A DNA stretch of 64,000 nucleotides, from positions 10,591-74,590 of the forward strand of contig CAZKBF010000011.1 of the NCBI GenBank assembly GCA_964551225.1, given 5' to 3'. The translations under genes and the position numbers were made by a program. This DNA comes from an uncultured Ruminococcus sp. (GTDB lineage Bacteria; Bacillota; Clostridia; Oscillospirales; Ruminococcaceae). Below the pieces are notes generated by a model. It was not told the DNA's origin. It ran no database searches and saw nothing but the letters and a program-made list of their open reading frames with translations. Below, in pieces: positions 7,432 through 17,632 of this stretch (the first letter of the stretch is position 1; each line of letters opens with the position of its first letter).

Positions 7432-9846
7432 TTGATTGCGAGAGTTGCCGCGGAAAACGCGCTCTACTCGTTCGACAAGCTGTTTTCCTACGAAATTCCC
7501 GCCGAGCTTTCGGGCAAAATTCGCGCGGGAATGCGGGTTGTCGTGCCGTTTGGGAAAGGCTCGAAAAAGCGCGTGGGACTTGTTTTCGAGGTCGGTGAAC
7601 CCGAGGAAAACGCGCGTCTGAAGCCGATTTCCGCGGTTATCGACGACGAACCCGTGATTTCCGACGAACTGCTTCGGCTCTGCAAATGGCTCAAGGAGAA
7701 CACCTTCTGCACCTATTTTGACGCGTTTCGGTCAATTTTGCCCGCGGGGTTGTCCTATTCGCTCAAGCACAGATTTGAGTTGAACAAAAGCGTTCCCGAG
7801 GACACGCTCACCGCCGAAGAAAAGTCGCTTGCAAAGGCGCTTGAGGCGGCGGGGAAATCCGAGCTGGAGACGCTTTACGCGGAAAAAAAGTCGAAAATCA
7901 ATGAGCTTCTAAAGCGCGAAATTCTCGCGGAAATCGAGATTCCGCAGCGTCGTGTCGGTGACGAAGTTAACGTAATGGTGCGGGTTTGCGAGGATTTTGA
8001 CGAAACGCAAAAGCTCACGCCAAAGCAGAAAGCCGCCGTTGAGTTCGTTCGGGAAAACGGCTCCGCGTCGATTAAAGAGGTGTGCTACGCGTGCGCCGCG
8101 ACTTCTTCCGTGGTGAACAGGCTGATTGAGAAGGGGATTCTCGAGCGGTTCGAGAACGTTGTTTTTCGGTTAAATTCGGACGTTTCGGCAACCGAAAGTC
8201 CCGATGACATAATTTTGTCGTCGAAACAGAGCGAGGTTTTTGACGGAATTTCCGCGCTGATGACGGGCGAAAAACCCGAGTGCGCGCTGCTTCGCGGCAT
8301 CACGGGCAGCGGGAAAACCTCGATTTTCATCAAGCTGATTGACAAAGCGGTGAAAGCGGGAAAGGGCGCTATAATGCTGGTTCCCGAAATTTCGCTCACG
8401 CCGCAGATGGTCGGGAAATTCCAGCGGCTTTTCGGAAGCGAGGTCGCGATTTTGCACAGCTCGCTGTCGGTTGGCGAACGCGCCGACGAGTACCGCCGCA
8501 TCAAAAGCGGGCTCGCGCGGATTGTTATTGGAACGCGCAGCGCGGTGTTTGCGCCCGTGCAAAATCTCGCGATAATTGTTATCGACGAGGAGGGCGAGGG
8601 GACGTACAAGTCCGAAAACACGCCGCGATATCACGCGCGCGATGTCGCAAAACAACGCTGTTTCGCGCTGAATTCGCTGCTGCTTCTCGCATCGGCAACC
8701 CCCTCGCTCGAGAGCTATTATTTCGCGAAAACGGGGCGGTACAAGCTGTTCGAGATGGACGAGCGGTTCAACAACGCGGTTTTGCCCGAGGTGGAAATTG
8801 TCGATATGCAAAAGGAGCGCCAAAACGGCAATATGTCAACGTTCAGCGCGGTTCTCGCCGAGCATATTGAATACAACCTTTCGCGCGGCGAGCAGTCGAT
8901 TTTGCTGCTCAACAGGCGCGGTTATCGAACGGGAGTGCGGTGCGCGATGTGCGGCAAGCCGATGGAGTGCCCGAACTGCTCCGTGCCGCTGACATATCAC
9001 AAGGCGAACGGCTGCCTGATGTGTCACTGCTGCGGCTATTTCAGGCGCTTTGACAGCGTTTGCCCGTTCTGCGGCGGCAAGTTTTTCGGAATGAAAGGCG
9101 AGGGCACGCAGCTTATCGAGGACGAGCTTTCCGAGTTGTTTCCGAAGGCGCGGATTTTGCGTATGGACGCGGACACGACGTCGGGAAAAACCGCATTCGA
9201 GCGCCGTTTCAAGGCGTTTGCGGACGGCGAATTTGACATAATGGTCGGCACGCAGATGATTGCGAAAGGGCTGAATTTCCCGAATGTGACGCTGGTTGGC
9301 GTGCTGAAAACGGACAACTCGCTCTACGCGCAGGATTTTCGCGCCTACGAGCGGACATTTTCGCTGATAACGCAGGTTGCGGGGCGTTCGGGACGCGGCG
9401 ACAAGCGCGGTCGCGCAATTATCCAAACGTTTTCGCCCGAGCATTATGTGATAAATCTCGCGGCAAAGCAGGATTACCCGTCGTTTTACAATGAGGAAAT
9501 CCAGCTTCGCGAAGCGGTTTTTTACCCGCCGTTCTGCGATATTGTAACGTTTGTGTTCTCGGCGGTGAACGAAAGCGAGTGCCAAAAATGTGCGAGAAAG
9601 TTCGCGGATATGCTCCTGAAAACCGCGAAAGAGTACGGAAACCGTGTTCCGATGCGGGTTCTCGGACCGGCAGCGTGCGCGGTCGGGCGGGTGAACGGGA
9701 GATACCGCTTTTCGCTGATGGCGAAGTGCAAAAACAGCGCGAGCTTGCGCGAGACGGTTGATAAAACAATGAAAGCGGCTCTTGCCGACGCAGATTTCGC
9801 GAACGTGCGGTTTTTCGCCGACATCAACGGGAGCTTTGCTATTTAA
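7432..9846 (+). CDS. priA: Primosomal protein N' (replication restart helicase)
   Basis: GITGSGKT, LVPEISLTPQ, Cys-rich zinc region, GTQMIAKGLNFP, QVAGRSGR; TTG start assumed. Confidence 0.96.
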   Translation: MIARVAAENALYSFDKLFSYEIPAELSGKIRAGMRVVVPFGKGSKKRVGLVFEVGEPEENARLKPISAVIDDEPVISDELLRLCKWLKENTFCTYFDAFRSILPAGLSYSLKHRFELNKSVPEDTLTAEEKSLAKALEAAGKSELETLYAEKKSKINELLKREILAEIEIPQRRVGDEVNVMVRVCEDFDETQKLTPKQKAAVEFVRENGSASIKEVCYACAATSSVVNRLIEKGILERFENVVFRLNSDVSATESPDDIILSSKQSEVFDGISALMTGEKPECALLRGITGSGKTSIFIKLIDKAVKAGKGAIMLVPEISLTPQMVGKFQRLFGSEVAILHSSLSVGERADEYRRIKSGLARIVIGTRSAVFAPVQNLAIIVIDEEGEGTYKSENTPRYHARDVAKQRCFALNSLLLLASATPSLESYYFAKTGRYKLFEMDERFNNAVLPEVEIVDMQKERQNGNMSTFSAVLAEHIEYNLSRGEQSILLLNRRGYRTGVRCAMCGKPMECPNCSVPLTYHKANGCLMCHCCGYFRRFDSVCPFCGGKFFGMKGEGTQLIEDELSELFPKARILRMDADTTSGKTAFERRFKAFADGEFDIMVGTQMIAKGLNFPNVTLVGVLKTDNSLYAQDFRAYERTFSLITQVAGRSGRGDKRGRAIIQTFSPEHYVINLAAKQDYPSFYNEEIQLREAVFYPPFCDIVTFVFSAVNESECQKCARKFADMLLKTAKEYGNRVPMRVLGPAACAVGRVNGRYRFSLMAKCKNSASLRETVDKTMKAALADADFANVRFFADINGSFAI

Positions 9847-9867
9847 TATAAGAAAGGGATATGCTAA

Positions 9868-10332
9868 ATGGCTTTGAGAGAAATTATCAAATTCGGTGAC
9901 GATATGCTGCGGAAAAAGTGCCGCGAGGTGACAAAATTTGACGACAAGCTGGCGACGCTGCTCGATGATATGGCGCAGACGCTGAAAAGTGCGGACGGAG
10001 TTGGTTTGGCGGCACCGCAGGTCGGAATTCTTCGGCGCGTGTGCATTATTGACGTGCGCGACGGGCACGGAGTTCTGGAGCTGATAAATCCCGAAATTAT
10101 CGAGAAAAGCGGCTCGCAGGCAGGCAACGAGGGTTGCCTTTCCGCACCGGGCGAGTGGTGCGAGGTGGTGCGTCCGGCTGTGGTTAAGGTGAAGGCGTTT
10201 GACCGGCACGGAAACGAGTTCACGCTCGAAGCAAGCGAGCTTAAGGCGCGCGCGATTTGCCACGAGGTTGACCATTTGGACGGAATTCTGTTCATCGACA
10301 GGGTTGAGAAAACAATCCCGCAGAAGTCGTGA
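9868..10332 (+). CDS. def: Peptide deformylase 1
   Basis: GVGLAAPQVG, EGCLS, HEVDHLDG. Confidence 0.95.
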   Translation: MALREIIKFGDDMLRKKCREVTKFDDKLATLLDDMAQTLKSADGVGLAAPQVGILRRVCIIDVRDGHGVLELINPEIIEKSGSQAGNEGCLSAPGEWCEVVRPAVVKVKAFDRHGNEFTLEASELKARAICHEVDHLDGILFIDRVEKTIPQKS

Positions 10333-10339
10333 GGGCGCT

Positions 10340-10789
10340 ATGGTAAGAGAAATTTTGACATTCGGCAACCCTGTTTTACGGGAAAAATCAACCGAGGTAA
10401 CGCGCTTCGACATGGAGCTCGCCGAGCTGCTTGATGATATGTACGAGACAATGCAAAGTGCAGACGGAATAGGTCTCGCGGCACCGCAAATCGGTGTGCT
10501 GAAGCGAGTTGTCGTCATCGACACGGGCGAGGGCAAAATCGAGCTCGTAAACCCTGTCATCACGGCGATGTGGGGCAAGCAGTTTGAGGAAGAGGGCTGC
10601 CTGTCGCTGGTCGGGAAAAGGGGCATTGTAAAGCGCCCGATGCACGTCAAGCTGAAGGCGTACGACCGTTTCGGAGTGCTGCGGAAATATCACGGCAAGG
10701 AGCTGCTGGCACGGGCGTTTTGCCACGAGGTTGACCACCTGAACGGGATTTTGTACGAGGACAAGGTGCTCGAGTGGGTTGAGGAATAA
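10340..10789 (+). CDS. def: Peptide deformylase 2
   Basis: GIGLAAPQIG, EGCLS, HEVDHLNG; start at ATG 10340. Confidence 0.95.
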   Translation: MVREILTFGNPVLREKSTEVTRFDMELAELLDDMYETMQSADGIGLAAPQIGVLKRVVVIDTGEGKIELVNPVITAMWGKQFEEEGCLSLVGKRGIVKRPMHVKLKAYDRFGVLRKYHGKELLARAFCHEVDHLNGILYEDKVLEWVEE

Positions 10790-10816
10790 ACCGCGCTGTT
10801 AAGCCAAATTTGGCTG

Positions 10817-11770
10817 ATGAATAAGGAGAAAAATTTGAAGATAGTATTTATGGGAACGCCCGATTTTGCGGCCAAAAGCTTGGAGGCGCTAATCGGGGAA
10901 TTCGATGTCGCGGCTGTTTTCACGCAGCCCGACAAGCCTAAAAACCGCGGAAAAAAGCTTGAAACAACGCCTGTTAAAGACTTGGCGCTTTTGCACAATA
11001 TTCCCGTTTATCAGCCGTTTTCGCTGCGAAAGGGCGAGGACGCTGAAGCGGCTCTGGGAGCGCTTCGGGAGATAAATCCCGATGTGATTGTGGTAACGGC
11101 TTACGGGCAGATTTTGCCGAAAAGCGTGCTCGAGCTGCCGAAATTCGGCTGCGTGAACGTACACGCGTCACTTCTGCCGAGATTTCGCGGCGCAGCGCCG
11201 ATTCAGCGCTGTATTCAAGCGGGCGACACGAAAACCGGCGTCTGCACGATGCAAATGGACGAGGGGCTGGACACGGGCGACGTGATAATGCGCTGGGAGA
11301 CGGATATTTCCGCGGAAATGACCGGCTCGGAGCTTTGGGAAATTCTCGCGGAAAACGGCGCGAAGCTGCTTGTAGAAACACTTCGCGCGCTCGAGAACGG
11401 TACTGCGGTGCACGAGAAACAGCAGGGCGAAGCGTGCTATGCCGAGAAGATTTCCAAAGATGAGCTGAAAATCGATTTCTCGCAGCCCGCGCGCGTTGTC
11501 CACAACTTTATTCGCGCGATGGCAGACGTGCCGTGCGCCTACACGATTCTTGACGGGAAGCGGCTTAAGGTGTACCGCGCGGCGCTTGTTGAGCGGAAAT
11601 CCGAGCTGCCCGCGGGAAGTGTTGTCGATGAGAAAAAATTCGGCGTTGTCTGCGGCGACGGCGCTTGTGTTGAATTGCGTGAAATCCAACTCGAGGGCTC
11701 GAAGCGTATGAAAACGGAGGATTTTCTGCGCGGGAAAAAGCTCGGCTCGGGTGAAATTCTCGGAAATTGA
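10817..11770 (+). CDS. fmt: Methionyl-tRNA formyltransferase
   Basis: VFMGTPDFA, TQPDKP, NVHASLLPRFRGAAPIQ, DEGLDTGD. Confidence 0.96.
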   Translation: MNKEKNLKIVFMGTPDFAAKSLEALIGEFDVAAVFTQPDKPKNRGKKLETTPVKDLALLHNIPVYQPFSLRKGEDAEAALGALREINPDVIVVTAYGQILPKSVLELPKFGCVNVHASLLPRFRGAAPIQRCIQAGDTKTGVCTMQMDEGLDTGDVIMRWETDISAEMTGSELWEILAENGAKLLVETLRALENGTAVHEKQQGEACYAEKISKDELKIDFSQPARVVHNFIRAMADVPCAYTILDGKRLKVYRAALVERKSELPAGSVVDEKKFGVVCGDGACVELREIQLEGSKRMKTEDFLRGKKLGSGEILGN

Positions 11771-11788
11771 AAAACGGAGTGAAAATTT

Positions 11789-13108
11789 ATGGCAGACGCT
11801 CGTTTAACCGCGGTAAAGCTGCTTCTGAAGCTGGAAAGCAGCGAGTCTTATTCAAATATTTTGCTTGACAGCGCGCTTTCCGAGCAGGGCCTTTCGGAGC
11901 GCGAAAAGGCGTTTGCGGCGGCTCTGTTTTACGGCGTGACGGAGCGCCGACTGACGCTCGATTACATCATCGAGCAAAACAGCAGAATCCCGTTCCGCAA
12001 GCTGGAAAAAGAGGCGGTGGCGGTGCTGCGCGCGGGGTTTTATCAGCTGCTTTATATGCCGTCCGTGCCCGAAAGCGCGGCGGTGAACGAGAGCGTGAAG
12101 CTGTGTAAAAAGCTCAAAGCGTTCGGCGCGGAGGGCTTTGTGAACGGAATGCTGCGGAGCTTTATCCGAAACGGCAAGCAAATCAGCTTTGACGGACTTG
12201 ACGAGGTGAAAACGCTTTCGCTGAAGTACTCGTGCCCCGAGTGGATTGCCGCGAAGTGGCTTCGGGAGTACGGTGAGGAGAACGCGGTGAAGGCGATGGA
12301 AGCGTCGCTCGGTGCACCGCCGCTTTATGCTCGGGTAAATTCTACCAAAGTTACCGATGACGAATTGGTGAATTTGCTGAAAAAAGAGGGCGTGAAAGCG
12401 GAACGAAATCCGCGTCTGAACGGGTGCATACGGCTGGAAAAGGCGGGCGAAATCGAGCAGCTCGACGCGTTCAAGGCGGGACTTTTCCACGTTCAGGACG
12501 TGTCCAGCCAGCTATGTTGTTTAACGTTAAGACCGATAGTGAACGAAACGGTCATCGACATCTGCGCGGCACCGGGCGGGAAAACGTTTACAATGGCGGA
12601 GCTGATGGGGAACAACGGGCGCGTGTTGAGCCTCGACCTGTACGACGGTCGCGTGAATCTCATCGCGGAGGGCGCAAAGCGCTTGGGACTGCGGATTGTC
12701 GAGCCTCGGCAGAACAACGCCGTGAAGTTTTCCGAGGAGCTGCCGCAAGCTGACAGGGTGCTGTGCGACGTGCCGTGCTCGGGGCTGGGCGTAATCCGCC
12801 GAAAGCCCGAGATAAAGTACAAAACCGAGGAGGAATTCGAGGAGCTTCCGCGGCTTCAGAGAGCCATTTTGGAGGTGTCTTCGCGTTATGTCAAGGAGGG
12901 CGGCACGCTCGTTTACTCGACCTGCACGCTGTCCCGCGCCGAAAACGACGAGGTTGCCGCAGATTTTGCGGAAAACCACCCCGAGTTTTTGCCGATTGTT
13001 CAGACAATTCCCTATGACACCGCAGAGAACAGCCCGACACGAACTTTTTTCCCCGAAAAAGACGGCGGCGACGGCTTTTTTACGGCTGCATTTAGACGTG
13101 TAAAATAG
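11789..13108 (+). CDS. rsmB: 16S rRNA m5C967 methyltransferase RsmB/Sun
   Basis: NusB-like N-terminus, DICAAPGGKT, DVPCSGLG, YSTCT. Confidence 0.95.
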   Translation: MADARLTAVKLLLKLESSESYSNILLDSALSEQGLSEREKAFAAALFYGVTERRLTLDYIIEQNSRIPFRKLEKEAVAVLRAGFYQLLYMPSVPESAAVNESVKLCKKLKAFGAEGFVNGMLRSFIRNGKQISFDGLDEVKTLSLKYSCPEWIAAKWLREYGEENAVKAMEASLGAPPLYARVNSTKVTDDELVNLLKKEGVKAERNPRLNGCIRLEKAGEIEQLDAFKAGLFHVQDVSSQLCCLTLRPIVNETVIDICAAPGGKTFTMAELMGNNGRVLSLDLYDGRVNLIAEGAKRLGLRIVEPRQNNAVKFSEELPQADRVLCDVPCSGLGVIRRKPEIKYKTEEEFEELPRLQRAILEVSSRYVKEGGTLVYSTCTLSRAENDEVAADFAENHPEFLPIVQTIPYDTAENSPTRTFFPEKDGGDGFFTAAFRRVK

Positions 13109-13458
13109 GGCTATTTTTCGGGCAAAATTTTGCACGATTTTGGGGGTATTTTCGAGGTAATTTTTGGGGTAATTTTGAACGTAATTTATTGGTCGATTTT
13201 TTGACCGAATTTCAGAGCGTTTTTACTTCCGAAATATCGCTTTACAATGCGGTTTTACGCAATTTAATTTTTACAAAAAAATACGCTGAATTTCGGCGTG
13301 ATTTTGGGCTGATTTTCGGGGTAATTTTTGAGCTTATTTTGGGGCAAATTTTTAGGTGATTTTTTGGCGTAAATTTAGGGTGATTTTTGTGGCATTTTTG
13401 AGGGAATTTTTCACCGATTTTTTGACCGAAAAATAACGCATTTTTTTGAGGAAAAATT
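13109..13458. repeat. Degenerate ~12-bp periodic T-tract repeat in an intergenic spacer
   Basis: Units such as GTAATTTTTGGG/GTAATTTTGAAC/GTAATTTTTGAG/GTGATTTTTTGG; two blocks each ending CGATTTTTTGACCGAA. Confidence 0.6.
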
Positions 13459-14478
13459 ATGGAAAAAATTGATATATTATCGCTTAATTTTGAGGAGTTA
13501 ACCGAGAAAATTCTCGAAATGGGCGAGAAAAAATTTCGTGCAAAGCAGATTTTCGATTGGCTGCACGTCAAAAAAGTAACCGATTTTGAACAGATGAGTA
13601 ATCTTTCTGCACAATTTCGCGCTGAATTATCGGAGAAATTTTGTATAAATCGCCTAAATATCAAAAAAAGACTTGTAAGCAAGATAGATAATACTGTAAA
13701 ATATCTCTATGGGCTGGCGGACGGCGAGGCGGTCGAGAGCGTGCTGATGGACTACAAGCACGGCGCGGCGCTTTGCGTGTCCACGCAGGTCGGCTGTAAA
13801 ATGGGCTGCAAATTCTGCGCGTCCACGCTCGCGGGCTGGGTGCGGAATCTCGAGCCCTCCGAGATGCTCGGGCAGATGTACGAGAGCGAGCGCGACAGCG
13901 GCAAAACCCTCGACAGCATTGTCCTGATGGGCATCGGCGAGCCGCTCGACAACTTCGACAACGTGATGAAATTCCTCCAAATCCTCGAGGAAAGCGGCTT
14001 CAGCTTGCGGCGCGTTTCGCTGTCAACCTGCGGAGTTGTCGATAAAATCTATGATTTGGCGAAGCTGAAACTCGGCGTGACGCTCTCTGTCTCGCTCCAC
14101 GCGGCAACCGACGCGAAGCGCTCCGAGATTATGCCGATAAACAAAAAATTCGCGCTGAAAGAGCTGATGACTGCGTGCGACGACTATTTCGCGGCAACCG
14201 GTCGCCGAATCAGCTTCGAGTACTCGCTTATCGAGGGCGTGAATGACGACGAAAGCTCCGCGAAAGAGCTTATAGCGCTGCTTGGCGGGAAAAATTGCCA
14301 CATAAATCTTATCCCGATTAACGAGGTTCGCGAGCGCGGTTTCAAGAAAAGTCCTTATGTAGAGCGCTTTCAGCGGTACCTCACGAACGCGGGGCTGAAC
14401 GCGACCGTCAGACGCACGCTCGGTGCCGATATCAACGCGGCTTGCGGGCAGCTCCGGCGGGACAGCAAAGACGATTAA
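13459..14478 (+). CDS. rlmN: 23S rRNA m2A2503/tRNA radical-SAM methyltransferase RlmN
   Basis: STQVGCKMGCKFC (CxxxCxxC), MGIGEPLDN, DINAACGQL. Confidence 0.96.
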   Translation: MEKIDILSLNFEELTEKILEMGEKKFRAKQIFDWLHVKKVTDFEQMSNLSAQFRAELSEKFCINRLNIKKRLVSKIDNTVKYLYGLADGEAVESVLMDYKHGAALCVSTQVGCKMGCKFCASTLAGWVRNLEPSEMLGQMYESERDSGKTLDSIVLMGIGEPLDNFDNVMKFLQILEESGFSLRRVSLSTCGVVDKIYDLAKLKLGVTLSVSLHAATDAKRSEIMPINKKFALKELMTACDDYFAATGRRISFEYSLIEGVNDDESSAKELIALLGGKNCHINLIPINEVRERGFKKSPYVERFQRYLTNAGLNATVRRTLGADINAACGQLRRDSKDD

Positions 14479-14581
14479 ACCTTGTTATATAGATTTGTCG
14501 CTTGCGGGTGAAAAATCACCTCTGGCAGTAACTTGGGGCGAAAAAGGGTCCAGCGTCACGCTGGTTATGGAAGGTGATATT

Positions 14582-15319
14582 TTGAATATTTACTCAAAAA
14601 CGGATATAGGGCTTGAGAGAGCCGAAAATCAGGACAACGTGTGGGGCGAAATGCTCGGCGCGAACGTTTGCGCAGCCGTTTTGTGCGACGGAATGGGCGG
14701 TGAAAGCCGCGGCGGGCTTGCGAGCAGAATTGCTGTGGACGTTGTTTCGGGGCGAATTTTGGAAAATTACAGGGAAAATATGGGAAGAAATTCCATAAGA
14801 AACCTGCTTGTAACCTCGATTGTTGCGGCTAACAATATGGTTCGCGCGGCAGCCGAGGAGCACGGGAACGTGATGATGGGGACAACCTGTGTTGCGGTTA
14901 TTGTCGCGGACGGAACGGCTTACATCGTCAACGTCGGCGACAGCAGGGCTTATCAGCTTTTCACGGACGGCGACGACGAGTGCATTCGCCAAATAACCAA
15001 AGACCACTCGCACGTTCGTGAGCTTGTGGAGCGCGGTCAGATAACGGCGGAGCAGGCGCGCGTTCACCCCGAGCGCAACAAAATCACCCGCGCAATCGGT
15101 GCCGAGGAAGAGGTCACGCCCGATTATTTCGAGCTGAATTTGAACAAGGGCGATATGCTTTTGCTGTGCAGCGACGGGCTTTCGTCCTACGGCGACGACC
15201 TCGATATTCTCGACATCTGCTTCGATTCGGAGCAGTCGGAGTGCTGTTCAAACCTTGTCGATTACGCGAACTCAAAGGGCGGTCACGACAACGTTTCGGT
15301 TGCATTTATCACGCTTTGA
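14582..15319 (+). CDS. stp: PP2C-type Ser/Thr phosphatase (Stp1/PrpC)
   Basis: TDIGLERAENQD, CDGMGG, NVGDSRAY, LCSDGL, GGHDNVS; TTG start assumed. Confidence 0.93.
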   Translation: MNIYSKTDIGLERAENQDNVWGEMLGANVCAAVLCDGMGGESRGGLASRIAVDVVSGRILENYRENMGRNSIRNLLVTSIVAANNMVRAAAEEHGNVMMGTTCVAVIVADGTAYIVNVGDSRAYQLFTDGDDECIRQITKDHSHVRELVERGQITAEQARVHPERNKITRAIGAEEEVTPDYFELNLNKGDMLLLCSDGLSSYGDDLDILDICFDSEQSECCSNLVDYANSKGGHDNVSVAFITL

Positions 15320-15478
15320 TTTAGCGGTTTTGTGCAGATAACAGCCTTCGCGTTGTGATTTTTTGTGCAAATTCGGTAATTGACTTTTTGCCGATTGTAT
15401 GTTATTATGTAAGTTGGAGTTTTATATTTATTTAGGTATCGAATTAGCTTCATTTTGCAGAGGAGAATTTCATTTTTT

Positions 15479-17629
15479 ATGGATAACAACATAGGAAAAA
15501 AACTCGACGGTCGCTATGAGCTTCTGGAGCTTATCGGCGTCGGCGGAATGGCGGATATTTACCGCGCGAGAGATATTCAGGAAAACCGAATTGTCGCGGT
15601 TAAAATCTTAAAAACCGAGTTTGCGGGAAGCGACGAGTTTTTGCGCCGTTTCAGAAACGAGAGCAAGGCTATCGCGCTGCTTTCGCACCCGAATATCGTC
15701 AAAATCTACGATGTCGGCTTCACCGAGAAGGTGCAGTTTATCGTTATGGAATATGTGGACGGAATTACGCTCACCGATTACATCGAGCAGCAGGGCGTCC
15801 TTAAATGGCGCGACGCCGTGCACTTTACCGTTCAGATTTTACGGGCTTTGCAGCACGCTCACGACAGAGGAATCGTTCACCGTGACGTCAAGAGCTCGAA
15901 CATTATGCTGCTGCGTGACGGCACGATAAAGGTGATGGATTTCGGCATCGCTCGCTTTAACCGCGAGAACAACAAAACGATGTCCGAGAAAACAATCGGC
16001 TCGGTGCACTACATCAGCCCCGAGCAGGCGCGCGGCGATATCACCGACGAGAGAAGCGATATTTACTCGGTCGGCGTTATGCTCTACGAGATGCTCACGG
16101 GCAAAAAGCCCTACGACGGTGACACGCCCGTTGCGATTGCGCTCAAGCATATGCAGAGCACCCCGCAGAAGCCCACCGAGCTTAATTCCACAATTCCCGA
16201 GGGCTTGGAGCAGATTGTTCTGCGCGCGATGCAGAAAGAGCCGACAGCGCGTTATCAGACTGCCGGTGAGATGATAACCGATTTGGAGGAGTTCAAGAAG
16301 AACCCCGGTATCGTTTTCGATTATAAGTACAATTCAACTGACGGCACTGCGAAATTTGCCGACAAAAATCCCGCTGTGGAACAGGAAAAACAGCGCCGTA
16401 AGAATATGGTTGTCGAGGATTATGACGAGGACGACGATGACGATGATTACGATGATGACGACGAGGTAGAGGAGCGCAGAAGTCCGCTCATTCCGATACT
16501 TTTCGCAGTCGGCGCAGCGTTTGTTATCGCGACGGTTTTCCTTGTTCTGATGCTGCTTGCAAACGGCTTCGGCGGCAAGGAAAGCTCCGATACATCGAAT
16601 CAGAGCAATTCGGGTGCAATAAGCGTAACGGACGGCGGCGAGTTCAATATGCCGAACCTTGTCGGAATGACTTGGGACGAGGCACTCGCAACTTATGGTG
16701 ACGGGAAGCTGATGAAGCTTGTTCCCTCGCAGGAGTACAACGAGGCAAAGGAAGGCTTTATTTTCGAGCAGGAATTTGTCGAGGGAAGACGCGTTAAGCA
16801 GGGTGTTACGGTCAACGTCAAGGTAAGTATGGGCATCAAGCAGGTCGAAATTCAGGACGTTTCGGGACGCACCGCCGACAATGCCGAGAAAACGCTGAAG
16901 CGCGATGGATTTAAGGTATCGAAAACCTTCGCGGACAGCGAGGATATCGCCGAAGGACACGTTATTTCGACAACACCGGCTGCACACGAGTTCCTGCCGC
17001 AGGGAAGCACGGTTGTCATTGTTGTAAGCAACGGCGCTGCCGATAAGATGTTCTATATGCCGAACCTTGTCGGAATGCCGATGGAGGACGCAACAAAGCG
17101 CTGCGACGAGTACAAGCTCATTCCGAAGCTCCAGCCGAAGGACAGCGATAGGGAAAAGGGCGAGATTATCGAGCAGAGCATTAAGGAAGGCGAAAAGGTT
17201 GCGCCTAACACCGAGGTTATCCTGACGTACAGCACGGGCGAAATTCCCGAAAAGGAGTACGAAATCGATATCACGCTCCCGACAAATATTACGGGTGAAT
17301 TTGAATTCAGGTTCTACGTTGACTCGGTGCGCGATGTTGCGGCAACCGAAACGCGCGATGTAAGTCTTGCCGGCTCCAAGAGTATAAATTACACCGTTAA
17401 GGGCAAGCCCGGCGAGGAGAAATATTTCGCGATTAAGGTTATGTCAACCAAGACCGGTCGCGAGGGAACTTATATTGAGCTCAAGATTAACTTTGGTGAA
17501 GGCGACGCGGAAACTAAATGTGAAGATGTTTCCAAGAACAGCGCGATTTTCCGTCAGCTTTTGAAAGAGGAAACGTCGAGCTCAAGCTCGGATGAAGGCT
17601 CGTCCGACAGCGGAACTTCTTTGGTGTAA
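15479..17629 (+). CDS. prkC: PASTA-domain Ser/Thr kinase (PrkC/PknB)
   Basis: GVGGMA, AVK, HRDVK, DFG, SPEQ; acidic linker, one TM helix, three PASTA-like repeats. Confidence 0.96.
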   Translation: MDNNIGKKLDGRYELLELIGVGGMADIYRARDIQENRIVAVKILKTEFAGSDEFLRRFRNESKAIALLSHPNIVKIYDVGFTEKVQFIVMEYVDGITLTDYIEQQGVLKWRDAVHFTVQILRALQHAHDRGIVHRDVKSSNIMLLRDGTIKVMDFGIARFNRENNKTMSEKTIGSVHYISPEQARGDITDERSDIYSVGVMLYEMLTGKKPYDGDTPVAIALKHMQSTPQKPTELNSTIPEGLEQIVLRAMQKEPTARYQTAGEMITDLEEFKKNPGIVFDYKYNSTDGTAKFADKNPAVEQEKQRRKNMVVEDYDEDDDDDDYDDDDEVEERRSPLIPILFAVGAAFVIATVFLVLMLLANGFGGKESSDTSNQSNSGAISVTDGGEFNMPNLVGMTWDEALATYGDGKLMKLVPSQEYNEAKEGFIFEQEFVEGRRVKQGVTVNVKVSMGIKQVEIQDVSGRTADNAEKTLKRDGFKVSKTFADSEDIAEGHVISTTPAAHEFLPQGSTVVIVVSNGAADKMFYMPNLVGMPMEDATKRCDEYKLIPKLQPKDSDREKGEIIEQSIKEGEKVAPNTEVILTYSTGEIPEKEYEIDITLPTNITGEFEFRFYVDSVRDVAATETRDVSLAGSKSINYTVKGKPGEEKYFAIKVMSTKTGREGTYIELKINFGEGDAETKCEDVSKNSAIFRQLLKEETSSSSSDEGSSDSGTSLV

Positions 17630-17632
17630 CAG

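Noticed and set aside
8836-10650. Long antisense ORFs (604 aa here; also 38424-40058, 56326-57948, 57788-59353, 59304-60575)
   Set aside because: Mirror frames of strongly codon-biased genes with no motifs of their own
13242-13682. 146-aa minus-strand ORF with PKxx repeats
   Set aside because: By-product of the 12-bp T-tract repeat and antisense to rlmN
16410-17080. GAC/GAT microsatellite and a 23-bp exact repeat within prkC
   Set aside because: They encode the acidic juxtamembrane linker and the starts of PASTA domains; ordinary domain repetition
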